DNA of 64,000 nucleotides from Bacteroidales bacterium (lineage in GTDB: Bacteria; Bacteroidota; Bacteroidia; Bacteroidales; WCHB1-69), in NCBI GenBank assembly GCA_017962845.1, contig JAGCUN010000024.1, positions 23,298-87,297 on the forward strand, in the 5' to 3' direction. Positions 39,094 through 45,980 of the stretch are shown here, piece after piece; position 1 is the first letter of the stretch, and every line of letters starts with the position of its first letter. Both the position numbers and the translations under genes were made by a program. Under the pieces are notes generated by a model. The model was not told the DNA's origin and searched no databases. It saw only the letters and a program-made list of their open reading frames with translations.

Positions 39094-41106
39094 ATGACAA
39101 AAAAGGCAATTTTTTGGTTGTTTTTCTTGGGTTTCTGCTTGATGCCATCGCTGTGGTCGCAGGTGTCGGTCACCTCATCGGCGGGGCGTACGGCAGAGGA
39201 TGTGGTGCGGAGTATGCTAGTGGGCGACGGTGTGTCGGTGTCGAATGTGAAGTTCAACAACTACACCACCGTGCTGGATGCGACTACAGGCGGCCAGCTG
39301 GGCTTTTTCACCAATAATACAGCCACCTTCCCTACTTTGGGATTTTCCAGCGGACTGATAATCGCTACTGGCGATATCCAGAATGCGTTGGGGCCTAACG
39401 ACGATAGCGGTAGTGAGATCAGTATTTCCAACAGCATGACGTGTCCCGAACTGCAAGCGTTGGTAAGCGATGAACTGTACTACCCTGCGGTTCTGGAATT
39501 TGACTTCCTCACCACTTCCGATCAGGTGACCTTCAACTACATGTTTGCCTCGGAAGAGTATCCTGAATTTGTGGGCATGGGATATAACGATGTGTTCGGC
39601 TTTTTTGTCACCGACCTCACCACCAACCAGACCACCAATGTGGCCCGAATTCCGAACACCACCTTGCCGGTGTCTATTGATAATGTCAACGATTATTCCT
39701 ATTCGCAGTATTATCACGATACAGAGTACTCTTCTTATATTCAGTATGATGCCTGCGTGGGACCGCTGGCGGCAACTTTCTCGGTAGTGCCCTGCCGCCT
39801 TTATCACATGAAATTAGCCGTCTCCAATGCTGGAGATAACCTGTATGGATCTGCGGTTTTTCTTGAAGGACAGAGTTTTACTGCCAACGGTACTGAAACC
39901 ACCATCGTGTACGATGTGGAGAGTTTGCCTGTTGTGGTGCAGGATTGCAATACGGCCACGGTCACCTTCAACATTTCGCAGCCTCAGAATTCGCCGACCG
40001 TTATCCCGCTGACCTATTCCGGCACAGCCATCAACGGCACGGACGTGCAGACTCTTCCCGCTTCGGTGACCATTCCCGCAGGTCAGACCAGTGTGACCAT
40101 CAACATTGTGGCCATCGGAGCCTATACTCCCGACACGTTAATTCTGAATATCTACTATGAGAGTTCGATTTGTGAGGAGGGAAATACGATATCTGTTATG
40201 GTGTGCAAGAACCAAGGTATTGAGATCTCGGCACAGAATGTTTATTTCTGCGAACCTGTTGACAGTCTGCATGTTCAGCTGGTGGCAGGTGCCTGTGGGG
40301 AGGTGGAATGGTCGCCGTCGGATATGCTGTCCGACCCGGGCTCGCTGAACACGGGCTTCAACACTGAGTACCTTACGCCGACCACCTTCACGGTGACGGC
40401 GCACGACATTTTCCACTGCACCTCCAGCACGGTCACTTTCGAGTATGCGCACGGGGCCTCGTTCGACGACACCATCCGTGCCACCATCTGCGACGGGGCG
40501 GTCTATAACCAATATGGTTTCAACGAGTCGGAGACGGGTACTTATACTCATTACGGGCAGACCTCTTTCGGCTGCGACAGCAGCATGACACTGATACTGG
40601 AGTCGTTTTCTGCGGATGCTGCCATTGAGGTGGGCGGCACCGACCTGTGCGATGACGGCTTTGTGGAGTTGACCGCAGTCACCAGCAACTCCGATTTCCA
40701 TTGGAGCAACGGAAGTACCGACATGGTGCTCACGGTGACCCATCCCGGCAACTATGTGCTGGAAGCCTCCGATGGACCGTGCCATGCCCGCGACATGGTG
40801 GTCATCGCCCCTTGTCCGGATGAGGAAATCTACATCCCCAATGCCATCACTCCGACCAATGTGGATGGCATCAACGACGAATTCAGGATTTATATTCCAT
40901 CGTCGCTGGAGATTGTGGAGTTTGAGATTGCCATCTACGATCGTTGGGGAAAATTGGTATTCAGGTCGGATGAGCCTTATTTCCGCTGGAACGGCAAGGT
41001 CAACGGGAAGTTTTTGCCTTCTTCCACCGTGCTCACCTACCGCATCATGATGATGAGCAAGTGGCATCCCAAGAAGATTTACAAGGGGACGTTGACGATA
41101 TTGTAA
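39094..41106 (+). CDS. secreted protein with a choice-of-anchor-L-like N-domain and a T9SS type B (gliding-motility-associated) C-terminal domain
   Basis: Signal peptide. N-terminal TAEDVVRSMLVGDGVSVSNVKFNN. C-terminal IYIPNAITPTNVDGINDEFRIY...IAIYDRWGKLVFRS...WNGKVNGKFLPSSTVLTYRI matches the type B CTD pattern. Confidence 0.75.
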   Translation: MTKKAIFWLFFLGFCLMPSLWSQVSVTSSAGRTAEDVVRSMLVGDGVSVSNVKFNNYTTVLDATTGGQLGFFTNNTATFPTLGFSSGLIIATGDIQNALGPNDDSGSEISISNSMTCPELQALVSDELYYPAVLEFDFLTTSDQVTFNYMFASEEYPEFVGMGYNDVFGFFVTDLTTNQTTNVARIPNTTLPVSIDNVNDYSYSQYYHDTEYSSYIQYDACVGPLAATFSVVPCRLYHMKLAVSNAGDNLYGSAVFLEGQSFTANGTETTIVYDVESLPVVVQDCNTATVTFNISQPQNSPTVIPLTYSGTAINGTDVQTLPASVTIPAGQTSVTINIVAIGAYTPDTLILNIYYESSICEEGNTISVMVCKNQGIEISAQNVYFCEPVDSLHVQLVAGACGEVEWSPSDMLSDPGSLNTGFNTEYLTPTTFTVTAHDIFHCTSSTVTFEYAHGASFDDTIRATICDGAVYNQYGFNESETGTYTHYGQTSFGCDSSMTLILESFSADAAIEVGGTDLCDDGFVELTAVTSNSDFHWSNGSTDMVLTVTHPGNYVLEASDGPCHARDMVVIAPCPDEEIYIPNAITPTNVDGINDEFRIYIPSSLEIVEFEIAIYDRWGKLVFRSDEPYFRWNGKVNGKFLPSSTVLTYRIMMMSKWHPKKIYKGTLTIL

Positions 41107-41110
41107 GTTT

Positions 41111-41800
41111 TTACCAGCAGAGCAGCAGTAGGTCGCGCCACGGGATGTCGTGCCGCTCGCCGATGTCGTGGCGTGTGAGGATGCCCTTGTAGCAGTAGAT
41201 GGCCTGCATCAGCACGGGATTTTCTTGAAGGGCGTAGCGCATTTCGCTGTTGAAAACAAGGGGGAAGACCAGCGACAGCACCAGGTCGCCCAGCGCGTTG
41301 CAGGCGGCGTAGATGCCTCCTTCTACATGGATGATATCTTGCAGCAGTTCCCCATCTTCCACATTATGGACCAGTCGTAACGAAAGGGCGGTGATATTTT
41401 TTTTGTGGAGGATGGCCAGATGTTCGGGGGTGATGTCGGTAAGGGGGATGGGAGTGATAAGTATCTGACTGTCTTTTAGTTGGTTAAGTTCTTCTGCGGT
41501 AAGCGGACGCAGGGAGATGAGGATGTCGGACTTTTGGAACACGTACTTGGGTTCATCTTCGATGAGGGCGCCGGCATCGGCGTAGTCGAGGTCGATGAAG
41601 TCGGCGCCTTTGCCCATGCCGCGTTCGGTACGTACGGGCACGTGGTTTTCCACGAGTGTCTCCACGGAGTAGGGGGGAATGACGACCTCTTTGCGGGGGG
41701 AGAGGGAGTTGCCTTTGAGGATGCCGACGGCGAAATGGTGCTGTGCGGTGGCTTCACCCACCGCCTCCATCTGTGTCGCGTGTTCGTAATCCTCTTTCAT
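41111..41800 (-). CDS. alanine-dehydrogenase/PNT-like protein lacking the dinucleotide-binding domain
   Basis: 229 aa. The N-terminal part resembles the AlaDH N-domain (VGILKGNS..E..V.I.P..V..LV...V.V..E.G.G.GA.F.D..Y..AGA). The C-terminal ~50 aa resemble the AlaDH C-terminus. No GxGxxG anywhere. Confidence 0.5.
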   Translation of the reverse strand: MKEDYEHATQMEAVGEATAQHHFAVGILKGNSLSPRKEVVIPPYSVETLVENHVPVRTERGMGKGADFIDLDYADAGALIEDEPKYVFQKSDILISLRPLTAEELNQLKDSQILITPIPLTDITPEHLAILHKKNITALSLRLVHNVEDGELLQDIIHVEGGIYAACNALGDLVLSLVFPLVFNSEMRYALQENPVLMQAIYCYKGILTRHDIGERHDIPWRDLLLLCW

Positions 41801-41809
41801 GGTATGCGG

Positions 41810-42229
41810 TTAGTCGGAAAAGGTCTCGAAGGTGCGCGATTGCGCCCCGGTGACGGTGATTCTTATCTTGACGAAATCGGGCTGGATGAGTTCTTCCACA
41901 TTTTCGGGCCATTCCAGGAAGCAGTAGTTCCCGCTATAAAGATAATCCTCTGTGCCGATCTCGTATGCGTCGGCGAGTTTTTCAATGCGGTAAAAGTCAA
42001 AGTGGTAGATGCTGTTGCCATTGCTGGTAAGGTATTCATTCACAATGGCGAAGGTAGGACTTGAGGTGGTGTCTTCCACGCCCAGTTCGTGACAAATTTC
42101 TTTGATAAAGGTGGTTTTTCCAGCTCCCATCTCTCCATAGAAGCAGAACACACGGTCGTTGGGGTGTTCTTGCAGCAGCATCTTTGCCACGGAGGACAGC
42201 TCTTCTTCAGAATGGATAGTGATTTTCAT
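41810..42229 (-). CDS. tsaE: tRNA t6A37 biosynthesis ATPase TsaE
   Basis: FYGEMGAGKTTFIK..C..LGV....SPTFAIVNEY.......YHFDFYR. The start is set at the ATG at 42229 because a -7 box overlaps the 42250 ATG. Confidence 0.85.
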   Translation of the reverse strand: MKITIHSEEELSSVAKMLLQEHPNDRVFCFYGEMGAGKTTFIKEICHELGVEDTTSSPTFAIVNEYLTSNGNSIYHFDFYRIEKLADAYEIGTEDYLYSGNYCFLEWPENVEELIQPDFVKIRITVTGAQSRTFETFSD

Positions 42230-42247
42230 ATTGTTGATAAAAGCGTG

Positions 42248-42255
42248 CAAAGATA
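42248..42255 (-). promoter_or_regulatory. -7 box TATCTTTG for the tsaE operon
   Basis: Minus strand reads TTGTATCTTTGCACGC. Confidence 0.4.
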
Positions 42256-42296
42256 CAACTTTTTTAGAATAATTTTACAAAATGGTTTTTGGGGGG

Positions 42297-43445
42297 CTAT
42301 TTTGTCAGGTCGGTGGCAATTTCTTCAATTGATTCCACAAATCTTGCCCACGCATATTTTTTCTTTTCCTCCACGATGTTCTGTTCAAATGACGCTTGTT
42401 TGTTTTCAGCGAAGAAACTGTGCAGTGCATCAGCGATCTGCTGGGCATCAGGCTCGACGACGTAACCGATTTTGCCGTCGGGAACGATTTCGGGCAGACC
42501 GCCCACGTTGGTCACCAGCATCGGTTTCTCGAAGTGGAAAGCAATCTGGGTCACGCCGCTCTGGGTGGCCGTCTTGTAGGGCTGCGCTATAATGTCAGCA
42601 GCGCTGAAATATTGATTTACCTCGCTGTCGGGAATGAAATCGGTGCAGAGCACAACTCTTTCTTCAATTCCCAACTCCTTGATTTGGTTGAGATAAGGAG
42701 CGGGATCTCCATAAAACTCGCCGGCTACAATCAGCTTCACATTATCCTCTTTCAGACGGTTGTCGGCGAAGGCATCCAACAGCAGGTCCAACCCTTTGTA
42801 GCCTCGGATGAACCCGAAAAATAGCACGTAGCGGAAGTCGGTTGAGAGATTCAGCAACGAGAGGGCGTTTTCGCGGGAAAGCCGTTTGCCGTAGTGGTCG
42901 TAAATGGGGTGTGGAGAGAATCGTTTCGGACGATTTTTCTTGTCAAAATGTTCAATATCGTGCACTACCGACTCTGAAAGAGCCATAAAACCATCCATTG
43001 ACTTAACAAAATAGGGGGGCAGGAACTTGTCCAGAACATTAGGTTCATGGGGTATCATATTGTGTACCAAAGCGATGATCTTAGTGTGGCCATTGCGATG
43101 GATTTTTCTGGCGATGGTTCCCATACAGGGTGCCATAAAGGACATCCAGTAGGCGACAATCACCACATCGGGTTGTTTGCGGGCAATTTCACGTCCCACT
43201 TTACACCAGTTGAACGGATTGCATGAATTGACTTTGCGATAGATGGTCAAATCTTTTGGGGCGGGATCTGGGCTATATTGTGTTTTTCCCGGGAAAAGGA
43301 AACTGGGATATTGAAGCGTAAATGTAATCATCTCCACCTTATGCCCTTGGCTTTGAAACTCGCGTGCAAGCCGCTCGTTGAAGGCCGCAAGGCCGCCGCG
43401 ATAGGGGTATGCTGTGCCGAGAATGACAATTTTCATAGAATCCAT
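42297..43445 (-). CDS. family 4 (GT-B) glycosyltransferase
   Basis: 382 aa. MKIVILGTAYPYRGG..., a C-terminal EGFGL-like region (PYKTATQSGVTQIAF.FEKPMLVTNVGGLPE). Confidence 0.7.
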   Translation of the reverse strand: MDSMKIVILGTAYPYRGGLAAFNERLAREFQSQGHKVEMITFTLQYPSFLFPGKTQYSPDPAPKDLTIYRKVNSCNPFNWCKVGREIARKQPDVVIVAYWMSFMAPCMGTIARKIHRNGHTKIIALVHNMIPHEPNVLDKFLPPYFVKSMDGFMALSESVVHDIEHFDKKNRPKRFSPHPIYDHYGKRLSRENALSLLNLSTDFRYVLFFGFIRGYKGLDLLLDAFADNRLKEDNVKLIVAGEFYGDPAPYLNQIKELGIEERVVLCTDFIPDSEVNQYFSAADIIAQPYKTATQSGVTQIAFHFEKPMLVTNVGGLPEIVPDGKIGYVVEPDAQQIADALHSFFAENKQASFEQNIVEEKKKYAWARFVESIEEIATDLTK

Positions 43446-43456
43446 TTTTTGAGGTG

Positions 43457-43464
43457 CAAAGATA
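43457..43464 (-). promoter_or_regulatory. -7 box TATCTTTG for the GT4 gene
   Basis: Minus strand reads CTTTATCTTTGCACCTC. Confidence 0.35.
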
Positions 43465-43489
43465 AAGAAAATATTGGGAACATTACAGT

Positions 43490-44434
43490 CTATTGTTCGA
43501 TATTCAGTCGGCTCATACGCTCCTTTATCATCATTGTATAGCCTGTTTTCATTTCTTGGGGAAGAAAAGAGTTTTCAATCCAATCATACCACTTTTCTTC
43601 TGCTGAACGAAATCTTTGGAACATATTCTGAATCACTTTGCCTTCCAAACCACTATTGGTCATAGCACTTACGAAATCCTGAAATTTGAATTTTTTCTTC
43701 TTTGCATTTAATGTCAAAGCCAACTCTTCTTTGTCAGAGGGCATCACCAACAATGTGTTCAGCAAATCGTATGCGGGAGCAAGCTGGTAATTGTCTGAAA
43801 AAGGACTATAGATGGAAAAATTTTTCAAATGCATATCGCTATTCCCTGTAATCCAAGAGAATAAGACGACCTCCCAAAAACGTACTAGATCAAGTTTGGG
43901 CGCAGATGAATAGAGCATAATGATTTTGGCAATTTGCTCGTGTGAGCCTCTATATTTATGTTCGGTCAACTTTTGTGAAAGCTGGCAGAGATCCTCCATC
44001 GGAATTTTTTCCCCTTTCGGAGTCCTGTCCACCCGACGGGTCAAATAACACAACTCACCATCCGCAAACCGAACAAGCGTATGTGGAACAACTTGGATAT
44101 GAGCTGTTTCTGCCAAATGCATCGTCAAATCCTCCAGTTCGGGCAAATGGGGAAAAAGTTCGGTCTGGGGCTTGAGAATGAATCGCCCCCACAATCCGAC
44201 AATGGTAAAACGCGTTTCGTGTTGTACCTTTTCGATGTCCATTGACAACTTTGCCTGCACTCCCGTCACAGCCGTTTGACTTCGCACCACCTCTTTCGCC
44301 AACTCCTTGATTTCCGAATGTTTATAGGGAAATGACGGTGTAACAGTCGTGCCGAAGAAACGCTTTGCACATTGGGGATGGAAATCCACCATTCCCTCTT
44401 CTAAATCCTGATAACAATACAAACACTTGGCCAT
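43490..44434 (-). CDS. hipT: HipT-like Ser/Thr kinase toxin (HipA C-terminal core without the N-subdomain)
   Basis: ~314 aa from the ATG at 44434 (MAKCLYCYQDLEEGMVDFHPQC, Zn-ribbon-like). Gly-rich loop TAVTGVQAKLS, catalytic GNSDMHLKNFS, and APAYDLLNT. Confidence 0.75.
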   Translation of the reverse strand: MAKCLYCYQDLEEGMVDFHPQCAKRFFGTTVTPSFPYKHSEIKELAKEVVRSQTAVTGVQAKLSMDIEKVQHETRFTIVGLWGRFILKPQTELFPHLPELEDLTMHLAETAHIQVVPHTLVRFADGELCYLTRRVDRTPKGEKIPMEDLCQLSQKLTEHKYRGSHEQIAKIIMLYSSAPKLDLVRFWEVVLFSWITGNSDMHLKNFSIYSPFSDNYQLAPAYDLLNTLLVMPSDKEELALTLNAKKKKFKFQDFVSAMTNSGLEGKVIQNMFQRFRSAEEKWYDWIENSFLPQEMKTGYTMMIKERMSRLNIEQ

Positions 44435-44436
44435 CG

Positions 44437-44769
44437 CTACAAATTTTGTTGGTGGGTAATATCTACGATGCTCACTGCCCCGATGCAATCTTTACAGCAG
44501 GCCAGCAGCAGCGACATCCGGTCGCGCGGATTGATTTTCCAATTTTCTTGGGCAATGTCCAACAGCCAGCCTTCGGGAATCAGGCCGTCAAAAAACGGGA
44601 AAAGATTATCGCTCTTGTAGGGTAAGGATGTTACTGGCATTGTCAGACTGATGGGGATACCCTTTTCTGCGACATACTTTTCGTCATAGACAAACGTATA
44701 GCCGTTCTCGTCTTCGGTCAGAACTCCCGCCAGCTTATCTTGGAAATATACTTCTGCTTGCTTCATCAT
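44437..44769 (-). CDS. hipS: HipS-like protein (stand-alone HipA N-terminal subdomain)
   Basis: 110 aa. VYFQDKLAGVLTEDENGYTFVYDEKY...PISLTMP...FPFFDGLIPEGW is the HipA N-terminal (couple_hipA) pattern. The stop is 2 nt before the kinase ATG. Confidence 0.7.
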   Translation of the reverse strand: MMKQAEVYFQDKLAGVLTEDENGYTFVYDEKYVAEKGIPISLTMPVTSLPYKSDNLFPFFDGLIPEGWLLDIAQENWKINPRDRMSLLLACCKDCIGAVSIVDITHQQNL

Positions 44770-44978
44770 TCACCCCTTTCCATCTTTACGGCACCCAACT
44801 CTGCACCGAACAAGTTGAGCACCTGGTTCACCTTATCCATCCTCAGGGTGGCTTTCCCCTGTTCCAAATCGCGCACAAATCGCAGCCCCACCCCCGATCG
44901 ATACGAAAGTTCCACCTGCGTCAGGTGATACTTTTTGCGTTCTGCTTTTACAAATTTTGATAACTTTGTTTCACTCAT
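44766..44978 (-). CDS. hipB: HipB-like XRE-family helix-turn-helix protein
   Basis: ~70 aa. RKKYHLTQVELSYRSGVGLRFVRDLEQGKATLRMDKVNQVL. A 4-nt ATGA overlap with the HipS-like gene. An alternative start at 45005 is possible. Confidence 0.7.
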   Translation of the reverse strand: MSETKLSKFVKAERKKYHLTQVELSYRSGVGLRFVRDLEQGKATLRMDKVNQVLNLFGAELGAVKMERGE

Positions 44979-44993
44979 TATTATATGCTTTCG

Positions 44994-45067
44994 GGTATAA
45001 ATCACTTAGAATATCACAATTTATACCTAATAGGGTATAATTTTGGTGATAATTATAAATTTATACC
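44994..45067 (-). promoter_or_regulatory. array of four alternating TTTATACC/GGTATAAA half-sites (putative HipB operators)
   Basis: GGTATAAA at 44994-45001, TTTATACC at 45020-45027, GGTATAA at 45034-45040, TTTATACC at 45060-45067. All lie between the -7 box and the HTH gene start. Confidence 0.5.
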
Positions 45068-45077
45068 TTTCCGGGTG

Positions 45078-45085
45078 CAAAAATA
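45078..45085 (-). promoter_or_regulatory. -7 box TATTTTTG for the hipBST-like operon
   Basis: Minus strand reads TTGTATTTTTGCACCCGG. Confidence 0.45.
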
Positions 45086-45111
45086 CAAAATATTTTTATC
45101 TGAAGAGCTTT

Positions 45112-45768
45112 TTACCCGAAAAATCTCTCCTCCAGCATCAAGCAGAGGCAATGATAGATGGGGAGGTGCAACTCCTGAATCTTATATGTTTCGGTTTCAG
45201 GCACTTGTATGCACATATCGGCCAGTGCCGAGAGCTTGCTTTCCTTGCTGCCGGTGAGGCCGACGATTTTCACTCCTTTGGCTTTGGCCACGATGGCGGC
45301 GTAGATGATATTCTTGCTGTTGCCGGAGGTGGAGATGGCGAGGAAAGTATCGCCGTTATTGCCGAAGCCGAGCATCTGCTGGGCAAAGACCAGTTCGGGC
45401 ACGCAGTCGTTCATGAAGGCGGTGGAGAGTCCCGGGTGGCCGGTGAGGGCGATGGCGGGCAACGTGCCTTGCAGGTGTTGCGCTATCGTAGTGCCCATCT
45501 CCCTGTCGATGTCTTTACACGCTTCAGCAAAATCGCTGCCGACGGGGCGCGGGAGTTTGAAGCCTTTCATCAGCTCGCCGACAATGTGTTCGGAGTCGGC
45601 GGCGGAACCTCCGTTACCTGCCACCAGCAGTTTGTGCTGGGTGAGGTACGATTGCTCCATCAGCAGGTAGGCCTGTGCGATGGAATCTTTGCAGCATTGC
45701 AGGGTAGGGTAGCGTTGCAACAGCGCGAGGATATGGGTTTGAAGCTTGTTTTCCAAAAGATTGAACAT
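45112..45768 (-). CDS. gmhA: SIS-domain sugar-phosphate isomerase, GmhA-like (sedoheptulose-7-phosphate isomerase)
   Basis: LLVAGNGGSAADSEH...ELMKGF, FLAISTSGNSKNII.A...AK..G.KIVGLTG, IQELHL...H.L. It has an insertion relative to E. coli GmhA. The ATG at 45768 is preferred; 45807 is possible. Confidence 0.6.
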   Translation of the reverse strand: MFNLLENKLQTHILALLQRYPTLQCCKDSIAQAYLLMEQSYLTQHKLLVAGNGGSAADSEHIVGELMKGFKLPRPVGSDFAEACKDIDREMGTTIAQHLQGTLPAIALTGHPGLSTAFMNDCVPELVFAQQMLGFGNNGDTFLAISTSGNSKNIIYAAIVAKAKGVKIVGLTGSKESKLSALADMCIQVPETETYKIQELHLPIYHCLCLMLEERFFG

Positions 45769-45894
45769 GAGAGACGGGTTAATGAAATGATTGGCAAAAG
45801 TACACATTTTTGTTGACCTGTGGATTTGTTATATATTGTTTTATTGATTTGTTGCTTTAGATGATTGATTAATAGGTATTTAAAATGATTTCTG

Positions 45895-45902
45895 CAAAAA
45901 TA
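45895..45902 (-). promoter_or_regulatory. -7 box TATTTTTG for the gmhA-like gene
   Basis: Minus strand reads CCTATTTTTGCAGAAA. Confidence 0.35.
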
Positions 45903-45936
45903 GGAACATAAAGATTGTTGAATGAACTTTTTTCGG

Positions 45937-45944
45937 TAATTTTG
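45937..45944 (+). promoter_or_regulatory. -7 box TAATTTTG for the yfhO-GT2-GT11 arm
   Basis: CGGTAATTTTGCAGATT, 37 nt upstream of the ATG at 45981. Confidence 0.4.
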
Positions 45945-45980
45945 CAGATTGATTTATTATTGCGAAAATTATTGTAATCT

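Noticed and set aside
40138-41067. 309-aa antisense ORF in the type B CTD gene. Similar cases are 37836-38600, 16634-17419, 15695-16267 and 47811-48806.
   Set aside because: All lie opposite long genes with clear domain signatures. Their compositions (His/Arg/Val-rich) and lack of upstream signals argue against coding.
45043-45816. 257-aa plus-strand ORF overlapping the gmhA-like gene.
   Set aside because: The minus-strand frame carries the SIS motifs (GNGGSAADSEH, ISTSGNS). The plus frame is a Gly/Ala/Val-rich shadow.
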